From positions 1 through 53,486 of the forward strand of contig CAMVAA010000001.1 in NCBI GenBank assembly GCA_947165345.1: 53,486 nt of DNA, read 5' to 3'. Positions 26,482 through 35,728 of the stretch are shown in pieces. The translations under genes were made by a program, and so were the position numbers. Under the pieces are notes generated by a model. That model saw only the letters and a program-made list of their open reading frames with translations. It did not search any database and was not told the DNA's origin. Origin of the DNA: an uncultured Bacteroidales bacterium (GTDB lineage Bacteria; Bacteroidota; Bacteroidia; Bacteroidales; P3). The stretch's first letter is position 1, and the number at the start of each line of letters is the position of its first letter.

Positions 26482-27873
26482 TCAGTCGTCGATGTCCTCG
26501 TTGAACATCTTGTTGATGAACCGGTTCACCACATCGTTGAAGTTCTCTTTCTCCTTCTTTTTGCGCTTGGCCTTGGCGGGCTCTGCCTCAGGCTTCGGTG
26601 CCGGAGCCGGTGCCTCGTCTATGGCGCCCATGTCGGCAAAGATGTCCACGTGGTCGCCCTTGCTCTCGTGGCGCGTCTCCTCCTTCTCTTCGCAGCGCTC
26701 GGCTTCGGCCTGCTCCAGACCGTACAGCACAAGGCCGATACCGGTGGCATACATCGGGTGCGCCAGGTCGGCATACGAGACGCTCTCGAAGTCCAGATGC
26801 TCGTTGGGCACTCCTATGCGCGTGTCCGTGGCGGTGATGAGCTCGCAGAGGTCCTTGATGTTCTTCAGCTGCGCCCCGCCGCCCGTGAGCACCACTCCGG
26901 CTATGAGCTTCTTCGCAAAGCCCGAAAGCTTGATGTCGTAGTCCACCTGCTCCATGATCATCTTGGTGCGGGCATTGATGATGCCGGCCAGGGTCTTCAC
27001 GTAGATCTCGCGCGGCGCCTGGCTGCGGATGCCCGGTATCGAGATGACGTCGTTCTCCGACACGGCCTGCACCAGACACGAGCCGAACTTCACCTTCAGG
27101 CTCTCAGCCTGACGCTTCAGTATGTTGCAGCCCTCGCGGATGTCGTTGGTGATGGCGTTGCCAGCCAGCGGAAGCACCGACGTATGGCGTATGATGCCGT
27201 CGTGGAACACCGCGATGTCCGTGGTGCCGCCGCCGATGTCCACCATCGCCACGCCCGCGTCGCGGTCGCTGTCGTCCAGCACAGCCATGGCCGAGGCCAC
27301 AGGCTCCAGCACGACGCCCTTGATTTTCAGGCCCGCCCTGTCTACGGCATATTTGATATACTGCAGGTTCTGCACATTGGCCGTAACCATGTGGAAGTCC
27401 GCCTGCAGGTTCTTGCCCGCCACTCCCACCGGCGGGATGTCGCGGCTCAGCGGCTCGCGGTCCACGATATACTGCTGCGGGAAGATATGGATGATCTCCT
27501 CGCCGGGCTCGAGCATCGTGTTGTACTGCTCCGCGATGAGGCGGTCCACGTCTTCCTGCTCTATCAGGGTGTGCTCGGGCGGTATCATGATGCTGCCCTG
27601 GCTCGGACGCGACTTGATGTGCTGGCCGGCTATGCCGACCCACACCTCATCCACGTCCACTCCCGCTTGGTCCGAGGCATCCGCCACGGCCTTGGTGATG
27701 GACTCCGCCGTCGCCGTGATGCTCTTCACCACGCCGTGCTCCACGCCCACCGACTCCGTCTTCCCGAAGCCCAGTATCTTCACCTTGTCGTTGTCGGACC
27801 TCATGCCTATGAAACAGGCTATCTTGGTGGTGCCTATGTCAAGGCCGACGATGATTTCTTGTTCTTTGCTCAT
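26482..27873 (-). CDS. ftsA: Cell division protein FtsA
   Basis: IVGLDIGTTKI.., VDIGGGTTDIAVF actin-fold motifs. Position between ftsQ and ftsZ. Confidence 0.95.
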   Translation of the reverse strand: MSKEQEIIVGLDIGTTKIACFIGMRSDNDKVKILGFGKTESVGVEHGVVKSITATAESITKAVADASDQAGVDVDEVWVGIAGQHIKSRPSQGSIMIPPEHTLIEQEDVDRLIAEQYNTMLEPGEEIIHIFPQQYIVDREPLSRDIPPVGVAGKNLQADFHMVTANVQNLQYIKYAVDRAGLKIKGVVLEPVASAMAVLDDSDRDAGVAMVDIGGGTTDIAVFHDGIIRHTSVLPLAGNAITNDIREGCNILKRQAESLKVKFGSCLVQAVSENDVISIPGIRSQAPREIYVKTLAGIINARTKMIMEQVDYDIKLSGFAKKLIAGVVLTGGGAQLKNIKDLCELITATDTRIGVPNEHLDFESVSYADLAHPMYATGIGLVLYGLEQAEAERCEEKEETRHESKGDHVDIFADMGAIDEAPAPAPKPEAEPAKAKRKKKEKENFNDVVNRFINKMFNEDIDD

Positions 27874-27911
27874 AACGTTATGTTGTTTTGTTTGTTATCT
27901 CTCTTGGTCGC

Positions 27912-28670
27912 TCACCTCTTCGTGCACACCACCTGCCCGTGGTATTTGAGGCTGATCTTGGAATACGTCTCCCACCCTGCCCTCGGCATACCGTTGCGGT
28001 AGAAGGTAAGCAGGTTCTCGAATTTCTCGTCCAGGTTGTCCACGCTCCCGAGTTCCACCACGTGGTTGCCCAGCTTGGGCACCATCATCATGTCGCCGTC
28101 CCGCTCCACGTATATCTGGTCTATCATGCCGCGGTAGCGCCGCTCGTCGTCGAGCCACGTGGCCAACTTCACCAGCGCGGCCGTCTGGCTGTTCAGACTG
28201 TCTATCCGCAACGGCTCCGTGAAGTCGCCTCCGGCCACCAGCACGTGGCATTCGCCGTTGCGGCTCATGGGCATCATCACGCCGTCGGCGTCGAAGTAAA
28301 GCTCGCGTGCTCCATAGAAGAGGCGCGCCACCGGACGCCGCTGCGCCGCGTGGACCACCACCTTGCCGCTCACGCTGACCGTGGCCGTGATGTCGCGCAG
28401 GTACGGCACACTCGACGCCGCTTCGACCACGGCTCGACGGTCCACATCCTTGACCCTCTGCGCGGGCAGATGCGGCAGGTGCGCCAGCACACTGTCGACC
28501 ACGGTCTGCTCGTCGACCAGCACAGGCGCTCGACCGTAGCGCAGGTCGGCTTCGACGCCGCGCACCTGCGACCGCGACCGCGTCACGTTCGTCGCAATCA
28601 CCAGCACCGCCACAGCCAAGGCTCCGGCAAGGATGAGCAGTATTTTGTAGGGCCGTTTCACGGGTTTCAA
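27912..28670 (-). CDS. ftsQ: Cell division protein FtsQ-like (single TM plus POTRA-like region)
   Basis: N-terminal TM segment ILLILAGALAVAVLVIA, 252 aa, position between murC and ftsA. Confidence 0.75.
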   Translation of the reverse strand: MKPVKRPYKILLILAGALAVAVLVIATNVTRSRSQVRGVEADLRYGRAPVLVDEQTVVDSVLAHLPHLPAQRVKDVDRRAVVEAASSVPYLRDITATVSVSGKVVVHAAQRRPVARLFYGARELYFDADGVMMPMSRNGECHVLVAGGDFTEPLRIDSLNSQTAALVKLATWLDDERRYRGMIDQIYVERDGDMMMVPKLGNHVVELGSVDNLDEKFENLLTFYRNGMPRAGWETYSKISLKYHGQVVCTKR

Positions 28671-28686
28671 TGCTATATGGTTGGTG

Positions 28687-30138
28687 TTATTCGTTCAGTA
28701 TTTGTTCTCTAAGTGTGGCCTCTAAGCGCGGCACCAGCCGGTCTATGTCGCCCGCACCAAGCGTCAGCACCACGTCCGGACAAAGGGCCGGGATGAGCTC
28801 GAGCACCTGGTCCGCCGTGCAGAGGTACTTGGACATGCTCGGTATCTTGCGCAGCACCATGCTCGACGTGACGCCCAGTATGGGTTTCTCCCTCGCCGGG
28901 TAGATGGGCATCATCACAATCTCGTCAAGCCCCTGCAACACCTCCGCGAACTGGTCGGCGAAGTCTCGCGTCCGGCTGTAGAGGTGCGGCTGGAAAATGC
29001 CCACTATGCGCTTCTCCGGGTAGAGGTACCGCACCGACTCTATCGTGGAGCGTATCTCTTCGGGGTGGTGGGCGTAGTCGTCTATATACACTAGGTCTTT
29101 CTCGCGGATACGGTAGTCGAAGCGACGCCGCACCCCCTGGAAGGTCTTGAGGCCGTTGCGCAGCTGGTACTGGTCCAGTCCGCACTTCAGCGCCACCGCA
29201 GCAGCCGCCACGGCATTCTCCACGTTGACCAGCGGGGCACCGCAGAGCTCGAGGTCGAAGAGAACCCCGTCGGGCGTGCGCAGGTCGAAGAAGAGGTCGC
29301 CCCTGTAGTTGCGCACGTTGATGGCATAGTAGTCGGCCTCGATACCGTGCGCCGTGTAGGTATGCACGTTGTGGCAGCGGAACGACTTCTCGTCATGGTG
29401 GTCATGCTCATCCTCGTGGTCGTGATGGTCGTGGTGTTCGTGGTGGTGATGGGGTCCGAATTCTATATATGGCTCCCCGTCGCTCTTGGCGAAGGCTCCC
29501 TCTTTGACCACCAGGTGCCCGTCGCTGTCCACTTGGTTGGCAAACTGCAGGTAGGCGTCCATCATGGCCTCATGGGTGCCGTAGATGTCCAAATGGTCGG
29601 GGTCGGTGGCGGTGATGACCGATATGTGGGGATGCAGCTGCAGGAACGAGCGGTCGTACTCGTCGGCTTCCACCACTACGTAGTCGCTCTTGCAGTCCAC
29701 CACAAGGTTGCTCCCGAAGTTCTTGCTGATGCCGCCGAGGAAGGCCGAACATCCGCACGGGGCCACGGAGAGCAGATGGGCTATGAGGGTGCTGGTGGTG
29801 GTCTTGCCGTGGCTTCCCGCCACGGCTATGCACTTCTTGCCGCGCGTCACCTCGCCGAGCACCTGCGACCGCTTTTCTATGCGCACCCCGCGACGGCGCA
29901 GCTCCACGAGCTCGCCCAGGTCGTCGGGCACGGCAGGGGTGTATATGGCCAGGTCGATGGCCTCCGGCAGCAGGTCGGGCCTGTCGTCGTAGTGCACCGC
30001 TATGCCCTCGGACTCGAGGTCGGCAGTGAGGGGCGACGGCGTGCGGTCGTAGCCGCTCACCTTGTCGCCTCGGCGGTGGAAGAAACGCGCCAGGGCACTC
30101 ATGCCTATCCCTCCTATGCCTATGAAGTAGTAGTTCAT
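28687..30138 (-). CDS. murC: UDP-N-acetylmuramate--L-alanine ligase, with an internal His/Asp/Glu-rich insertion
   Basis: Start set at ATG 30138 (MNYYFIGIGGIGMSALARFF). The track ORF extension to 30549 overlaps murG and is Arg-rich. AVAGSHGKTTTSTL P-loop and Mur ligase C-domain are present. Confidence 0.9.
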   Translation of the reverse strand: MNYYFIGIGGIGMSALARFFHRRGDKVSGYDRTPSPLTADLESEGIAVHYDDRPDLLPEAIDLAIYTPAVPDDLGELVELRRRGVRIEKRSQVLGEVTRGKKCIAVAGSHGKTTTSTLIAHLLSVAPCGCSAFLGGISKNFGSNLVVDCKSDYVVVEADEYDRSFLQLHPHISVITATDPDHLDIYGTHEAMMDAYLQFANQVDSDGHLVVKEGAFAKSDGEPYIEFGPHHHHEHHDHHDHEDEHDHHDEKSFRCHNVHTYTAHGIEADYYAINVRNYRGDLFFDLRTPDGVLFDLELCGAPLVNVENAVAAAAVALKCGLDQYQLRNGLKTFQGVRRRFDYRIREKDLVYIDDYAHHPEEIRSTIESVRYLYPEKRIVGIFQPHLYSRTRDFADQFAEVLQGLDEIVMMPIYPAREKPILGVTSSMVLRKIPSMSKYLCTADQVLELIPALCPDVVLTLGAGDIDRLVPRLEATLREQILNE

Positions 30139-31241
30139 TTCACTATCTTTGCTATCTGTTCCACAATCTTGTCGGCCGCGCCGCGCACGGCAAGGCGCCG
30201 TATGGCGGCACTCATGGCCTGCATGCGGTTGGCGTCGGCCAGCAGCCCGTCGACGGCGGGCAGGCACTTGCTGCCGCACTCCACGTCGGGCACCATGAGG
30301 GCGGCGCCCTTGTCGACCAGCGCCATCGCGTTCTTGGTCTGGTGGTCTTCGGCCACGTTGGGCGACGGCACGAGCACCACCGGCTTGCCCACAAGGCAGA
30401 GCTCCGAGATGGCTATGGCGCCGGCTCGCGAGATGACCACGTCGGCGGCGGCATAGGCCAAGTCCATTCTCTGTATGAAGCGGTGCACCTTTACGCGCTC
30501 TCCCATTCCTGCCTCGCTGACGGCAGCGGCAGCCTGGTCGTAGCCCCAACGGCCCGTCTGCCAGATATACTGCACCTGCCTAACCCCGAGGTAGTTCAGA
30601 TTGGTGAGCATCATCTGGTTGACACTCCGCGCCCCAAGGCTGCCTCCCACCACCAACACGGTGGGCATCGCCGCGTCGAGTCCGAAGTGGGTCAGCCCCT
30701 CCTCGCGGGTGCAGCTCATCTGCTCTATGTCGGCGCGGACTGGGTTGCCGGTGAAGACTATCTTCTCCTTCGGGAAGAAGCGCTCCATCCCGTCGTAGGC
30801 GACACAGATGGCCCTGGCGTCCTTGGCGAGCAGCTTGTTCGTCAGTCCGGCGTATGAGTTCTGCTCCTGCAGCAGGGTGGGGAAGCCGAGCTTCGCGGCC
30901 GCCTTGAGGGTGGGCTCCGAAGCGAAGCCTCCCACCCCGACCACGATGTCGGGATGGAAGTCGTTCAGGATATGCTTCACCATGCTGTTGCTTTTCATCA
31001 TTCTGAATGGCAGCTGCAGGTTCTTCCAGATGTTGGGCAGGGTGAGCTTGCGCTGAAGCCCCGCTATCGGCAGCCCCTTGATCTCATACCCTGCGGCCGG
31101 CACCTTCTCCATCTCCATCCGCCCTTCGGCACCGACAAAGAGTATGTCGGCATCGGGCCATCTCTTCTTGATGGCATTGGCTATCGCCACTGCGGGGAAT
31201 ATGTGTCCGCCGCTTCCTCCTCCACTTATTATTGCTTTCAT
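30135..31241 (-). CDS. murG: Undecaprenyldiphospho-muramoylpentapeptide beta-N-acetylglucosaminyltransferase
   Basis: Start set at ATG 31241 (MKAIISGGGSGGHIFPAVAIA). ..GGSLGA.S.N.. and ..HQ..NA..L motifs are present. Confidence 0.9.
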   Translation of the reverse strand: MKAIISGGGSGGHIFPAVAIANAIKKRWPDADILFVGAEGRMEMEKVPAAGYEIKGLPIAGLQRKLTLPNIWKNLQLPFRMMKSNSMVKHILNDFHPDIVVGVGGFASEPTLKAAAKLGFPTLLQEQNSYAGLTNKLLAKDARAICVAYDGMERFFPKEKIVFTGNPVRADIEQMSCTREEGLTHFGLDAAMPTVLVVGGSLGARSVNQMMLTNLNYLGVRQVQYIWQTGRWGYDQAAAAVSEAGMGERVKVHRFIQRMDLAYAAADVVISRAGAIAISELCLVGKPVVLVPSPNVAEDHQTKNAMALVDKGAALMVPDVECGSKCLPAVDGLLADANRMQAMSAAIRRLAVRGAADKIVEQIAKIVK

Positions 31242-31258
31242 ATCGTTTTCTATATGTG

Positions 31259-32449
31259 TTATTCGTTTTCGTGTTCCTGTCCCGCCGCCACGGCAGGCTC
31301 GGCCGCGGGCTCCGTCGTCGTGCTCGCCTCCTCTGCCGTCTCCTTGGCATAGACATCTGCCGCCACCGACTGTATCACTCCCAGCGCACACCCAAGGAAG
31401 AGGTAGGCCGTGCCGCCGTATGATATGAACGGCAGGGTCTGTCCCGTGACAGGCAGCACCCCCACGGCGACACTCATGTTTACCAGTGCCTGCAGGTATA
31501 TCATGGTTCCCAAGCCCGCCACCGTCAGGGCGCCGAAACGTCCCTGGCAGCGCCAAGCCAACCGTATACATCGAAAATAGAAGATGCTGTACAGCAGGAA
31601 GACCACTATGCCGCCCAGCATGCCGGTCTCCTCTATGATGATGGCGTAGATGAAGTCGTTGTGGGCCTGGGTCACGAGGCGCGCGTGTATGGTGTTGCCT
31701 ATGCCAACTCCCACCACACCGCCGCGGGCTATGGCCATCTTGGCCATATTCTCCTGCGAGAGCTCGTCGGGATTGGGATGAATCCAGCGGTCGACACGGT
31801 TGACCCACGTCTCGCTGCGCTCCAGCACATCACTGCTCTCGCCGGTCTTTAACATGACAAACATGGCCACCCCAACTACGGCGACAGCCACTATCATCAA
31901 CCGCCACCAGTAGCGACGGCTCACCCCTCCGAAGAGCATCACCAGATAAGCCGAGAGGAAGATGAGGGCCGCCGTGGAGAAGTTCTCCGGAAGCACAAGC
32001 AACACCACCGGGGCTATGTATATAAGCAGCATGAGGAACGTTCCGAGTTCCTTGACCTGCTCTTTCTTCAGCGCCAGCATTCGGGCCACGAAGATGATGA
32101 GCACCACCTTGGCGATCTCCGACGGCTGGAACTGGCCTATCACCGGCAGACGCAGCCAGCGCCCCTGCAGTGCCAGCATTACGGCCAGCAGCACAAGCGA
32201 CACCCAGTAGCCCAGCATGGCGAATCGGGAGAAGAGGCGGTAGTTGACCCGCGAGAGGAGTATGATGGCCACGTATGTGGCGGCCACAATGACGAAATGT
32301 TTCAGGAAGAGGCCAGTTGGACCGGCACCATGCATAGAGTAGGCATAGAGGCCGATGGAGCTGTATACAGCCACCAGCGAGATGGTGCTGAGCAGCAGGA
32401 ACACCACCCAGATTATCTTGTCGCCTCGGAAGAGCTTACTCAACTTCAT
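31259..32449 (-). CDS. ftsW: FtsW/RodA (SEDS-family) peptidoglycan polymerase
   Basis: Start set at ATG 32449 (MKLSKLFRGDKIIWVVFLLL). Multi-pass membrane protein with ..FQPSE.AK, ..NDFI.A.I.EE.G, ..LPFISYGG. Confidence 0.9.
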   Translation of the reverse strand: MKLSKLFRGDKIIWVVFLLLSTISLVAVYSSIGLYAYSMHGAGPTGLFLKHFVIVAATYVAIILLSRVNYRLFSRFAMLGYWVSLVLLAVMLALQGRWLRLPVIGQFQPSEIAKVVLIIFVARMLALKKEQVKELGTFLMLLIYIAPVVLLVLPENFSTAALIFLSAYLVMLFGGVSRRYWWRLMIVAVAVVGVAMFVMLKTGESSDVLERSETWVNRVDRWIHPNPDELSQENMAKMAIARGGVVGVGIGNTIHARLVTQAHNDFIYAIIIEETGMLGGIVVFLLYSIFYFRCIRLAWRCQGRFGALTVAGLGTMIYLQALVNMSVAVGVLPVTGQTLPFISYGGTAYLFLGCALGVIQSVAADVYAKETAEEASTTTEPAAEPAVAAGQEHENE

Positions 32450-32451
32450 GG

Positions 32452-32988
32452 TTACAATTCGTTTACTTCGTTTCTGAAGGCCTCGCCGAGGGCCTCGGTC
32501 GGGGTCCCGTCGTTGCACGACGGCGAGAAAAGGACCTTCACATCCATCGACTCATAGAGGTAGGCCTTGTGCAAGGCCTCGGCCATATTGCGGCAGGCCG
32601 TGATGGTGGGCACGATGCCGCTGAACGTCCGGCGCAACTGCTCATCGGGACCGAGCACCAGAAGCATCCTCACCTTGCGCAACGCCACATGCACCAGACG
32701 GCTGTAGTCGGTCTCGGTCGCGGTACCGCAGGCAATCCATATCACTCCGCCCTGAATGCTCTCAAGCGAATACCACGTGGCATTGACCGTGCGCGAGGCA
32801 GCGTCGTTGATATACTCGCGGTCCAGTATCCGGGCCACGAACTCGTTACGGTAATGGGTGTCGTCGAGGCGCTTGAAGCAGTCCCTGAGCGATGCGTTGC
32901 GGATGGCTTTCAGTCGGGCGGTGTCGAGACCCGCCAGTCCAGTGTGTACTTTGTCGCGCCCTTGGGCGGCCAGTGTTTCTATAGTCAT
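32452..32988 (-). CDS. Stand-alone, degenerate MurD C-terminal-domain homolog (178 aa) occupying the murD slot
   Basis: Aligns by eye to the MurD C-domain: HYRNEFVARILDREYINDAASRTVNAT ~ pHR.E.v...gv.fiNDSKATN; WIACGTATETDYSRL ~ liaGG.DKg.Df..L; VLFSPSCNDG...ALGEAFRNEV ~ VLLSPaCASfD.F.nfe.RG..F. Only 50 bp of AT-rich spacer separates it from the mraY stop, so the N-terminal and ATP-binding domains are absent. Confidence 0.7.
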   Translation of the reverse strand: MTIETLAAQGRDKVHTGLAGLDTARLKAIRNASLRDCFKRLDDTHYRNEFVARILDREYINDAASRTVNATWYSLESIQGGVIWIACGTATETDYSRLVHVALRKVRMLLVLGPDEQLRRTFSGIVPTITACRNMAEALHKAYLYESMDVKVLFSPSCNDGTPTEALGEAFRNEVNEL

Positions 32989-33038
32989 AGTGATTGCAAT
33001 GATTCGTTGATATATCTATGTGTGTATTCTTTGTTTTC

Positions 33039-34217
33039 TTATCGCAGTTTGAGCGTCGAAAGGGTGAATATGGCCAGCAGTATGGCTATGATGACGAAAC
33101 GCATCACGACCTTCTCCTCGGCCATGCCCTTCTTCTGGAAGTGATGGTGAAGGGGCGACATGAGGAAGGGGCGCTTCTCCACCGGCACCGGCACACCGGC
33201 CGGCAGTTTGTGCTTGCGGCGGTAGCGTTTGCAACCCGCTGTCTGAATGATGACCGACAGGTCTTCAACGAGATAGATACCGCACAATACCGGCAGCAGG
33301 AGTTCCTTGCGTATCAGTATGGCAAAGACGGCTATGATACCGCCGATAGCCAACGAGCCAGTGTCGCCCATGAAAATCTCGGCCGGATGGGTGTTGAACC
33401 ACAGGAAACCCAAGGTGGCTCCCACGAAGGCCGTGCTGAAGATGGCCATCTCGCCGATATTGGGCAGATACATGATGTTCAGGTAGCTGGACATGATTAC
33501 GTTACCACTCACCCACGCCAGCAAGGCCAGTGCGCCTCCGTTCACGGCAGCCACTCCCGTAGCTATGCCGTCAATGCCGTCGGTCAGGTTCGAAGCGTTG
33601 CTCACGGCCGTCACCACCAGTATCACCACCAGCACGAAGACCACCCACGCATAGTCGGCCGCCCACGGACCCAGCCACGAGACAAGCCACGTATAGTCAA
33701 ACTCGTTGTTCTTCACAAAGGGGATCGTGGTCTTCAAGGGGTCGGTGATGTCCGGGTGGAACGAGATGAGCAGTCCTACGGCGAGGCCCAGAAGCACCTG
33801 CCCCACCACCTTATACTTGCCAGGCAGACCGGCTTTGCCGCGGGTCTTCTTCAGGTAGTCGTCCAAGAAGCCCACCAGACCCATCCACACCGTGGTACCA
33901 AGCATTATCTGGACATACACGTTGTCCAGCTTGGCAAAGAGCAGCGTCGGAACCACGATGGCGGCCAGTATGAGCAGTCCGCCCATCGTGGGGGTCTTGG
34001 CCTTGCGGGCCGCTCCCTCGAGTCCTAATTCGGTGCGGACCTCGTCCATCATACCCATCTTGTTCTGCATCCAACGTATAAACGGCTTGCCGAACACCAG
34101 CATAATCAGTAGCGACGTAACCATGCTGGCGGCAGCACGGAAGGAGATATACTGGAACACTCCCGCTCCGGGAAAGTCCGCTATCCTGTCCAGCCAGTCG
34201 AATAAATAGTACAACAT
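33039..34217 (-). CDS. mraY: Phospho-N-acetylmuramoyl-pentapeptide transferase
   Basis: ..NASNLTDGIDGIA.., ..FMGDTGSLA.GG.., ..SPLHHHF motifs. Confidence 0.95.
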   Translation of the reverse strand: MLYYLFDWLDRIADFPGAGVFQYISFRAAASMVTSLLIMLVFGKPFIRWMQNKMGMMDEVRTELGLEGAARKAKTPTMGGLLILAAIVVPTLLFAKLDNVYVQIMLGTTVWMGLVGFLDDYLKKTRGKAGLPGKYKVVGQVLLGLAVGLLISFHPDITDPLKTTIPFVKNNEFDYTWLVSWLGPWAADYAWVVFVLVVILVVTAVSNASNLTDGIDGIATGVAAVNGGALALLAWVSGNVIMSSYLNIMYLPNIGEMAIFSTAFVGATLGFLWFNTHPAEIFMGDTGSLAIGGIIAVFAILIRKELLLPVLCGIYLVEDLSVIIQTAGCKRYRRKHKLPAGVPVPVEKRPFLMSPLHHHFQKKGMAEEKVVMRFVIIAILLAIFTLSTLKLR

Positions 34218-34273
34218 ATCTGCGTTTTGTCTTTACTTTCTCTTGTTTGTTCTCTGTGTCAGTCTGTGCTCTG

Positions 34274-35728
34274 TCACTCTCCTCTTTTCAGCTCGCGTTC
34301 CAGCTCCTCGACATCGTCGAAGTGCGACCTCACTCCGTTCACCTCCTGGTACTTCTCGTGTCCCTTTCCAGCCACAAGGACTATATCGCCCTCGCGAGCC
34401 ATCATACAGGCCGTGCGTATGGCCTGCCGCCGGTCTGTGATGCGGACCGTGCGGCACAGCTGCTGCGGGTCCAGCCCTGCCTCCATCTCGTCGAGGATGG
34501 CGTCCGGGTCCTCCGTACGCGGATTGTCGGAGGTAAGCACCAGCTTGTCACTGCCTTTAGCGGCTATGGCGGCCATCTCCGGCCGCTTGGTGCGGTCGCG
34601 GTCTCCTCCACAGCCCACCACGGTGATTAGGGTTTGCGTCGGCCGGCGTATGGCGTCAATGGTCTCTATGACGTTCTGCAGCGCATCGGGCGTGTGGGCA
34701 TAGTCCACAATGCCGGTTATGCCACGGCCACTCACATACTGGAAACGGCCGGGTGCAGCTTCCAGCAGGCTGAGCTGGCGCAGGGCTTCTTCCTCGGCTA
34801 CTCCGCAAAGCACCGCCGCCGCATAAATCGCCGTCAGGTTGTAGGCATTGAACCGTCCCACAAGCCGGCACCAAAGCTCGTGTCCGTTAATCCGGAGGTG
34901 CATCCCCTCGAAGGTGTCTTCCAGCACACGGCACTGGTAGTCGGCACCGTGCCCGAGGGCATAGGTGTGTACCTCAGCCTGGCAGTTCTGCACCATGACA
35001 CGTCCGTTGCGGTCGTCGACATTGGTCAGTGCCCAGGCACCACGCGGCAGACCGTCGAAGAAGCCCTTCTTGGCGGCTATATAGTTCGCCATTGTGCCGT
35101 GGAAGTCAAGGTGGTCGTGCGTGATGTTGCTGAAGATGCCGCCCGCAAAGGTCAGGCCGCTGATGCGGTGCTGCACCACCGAGTGCGAGCTCACCTCCAT
35201 AAAGGCATACTCGCATCCTGCATCGACCATTCTACGCAGCAGCTGGTTCAGCTCCAACGCATCGGGCGTGGTGTGAGTCGTGGGCAGCTCCTCTTCGTCA
35301 ATCTTGTTCACGATGGTCGAAATCAGCCCCGCATGGAAGCCCAGACTGCGGAACATGCGGTGCAGCAGGGTCACGGTCGTGGTCTTGCCGTTGGTTCCGG
35401 TTATACCTATCAGTTTCAGCTGCGCCGACGGATGGCCATAATAGTTGTCCGCCATAACGCCAAGTGCTTCGCTGCTGTCTTTCACCACTACATACGTCAC
35501 TCCGTCAGCCATATCAGATGGCAGCGTCTCGCAGACCACCGCCCGTGCTCCCATGGCCACGGCCTTGGCTATGTAGTCATGTCCGTCAACCTTGGTGCCG
35601 CGCTGTGCAACGAAGAGCGACCCCTCGCCCACACGACGCGAGTCGAACTGCAAGTCAACGACCTCGATGTCAGCCGACCCGTGCAGCGCACTGTCTATTC
35701 CTTGTATTATATCTTTCAGTTTCATCAT
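34274..35728 (-). CDS. murE: UDP-N-acetylmuramoyl-L-alanyl-D-glutamate--2,6-diaminopimelate ligase
   Basis: GITGTNGKTTT P-loop, ..DNPR.EDP (DNPRTEDP) motif of meso-DAP-adding MurE. 484 aa. Confidence 0.9.
   Translation of the reverse strand: MMKLKDIIQGIDSALHGSADIEVVDLQFDSRRVGEGSLFVAQRGTKVDGHDYIAKAVAMGARAVVCETLPSDMADGVTYVVVKDSSEALGVMADNYYGHPSAQLKLIGITGTNGKTTTVTLLHRMFRSLGFHAGLISTIVNKIDEEELPTTHTTPDALELNQLLRRMVDAGCEYAFMEVSSHSVVQHRISGLTFAGGIFSNITHDHLDFHGTMANYIAAKKGFFDGLPRGAWALTNVDDRNGRVMVQNCQAEVHTYALGHGADYQCRVLEDTFEGMHLRINGHELWCRLVGRFNAYNLTAIYAAAVLCGVAEEEALRQLSLLEAAPGRFQYVSGRGITGIVDYAHTPDALQNVIETIDAIRRPTQTLITVVGCGGDRDRTKRPEMAAIAAKGSDKLVLTSDNPRTEDPDAILDEMEAGLDPQQLCRTVRITDRRQAIRTACMMAREGDIVLVAGKGHEKYQEVNGVRSHFDDVEELERELKRGE

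Noticed and set aside
28687-32518. N-terminal extensions of the track ORFs for murC (to 30549), murG (to 31808) and ftsW (to 32518). The same applies to 6372-6548, 23362-23451, 46742-46822, 48387-48479, 49892-50401 and 53313-53399
   Set aside because: The extensions overlap the preceding gene or intergenic DNA and are Arg/Gly-rich. Canonical N-termini (MNYYFIGIGG.., MKAIISGGGSGGH.., signal peptides or lipoboxes) begin at internal ATGs, which I used instead.
34218-34273. Absence of murF between murE and mraY
   Set aside because: To my knowledge Bacteroidota dcw clusters normally go murE-mraY, with murF encoded elsewhere, so this is expected rather than anomalous. I did not verify it here.
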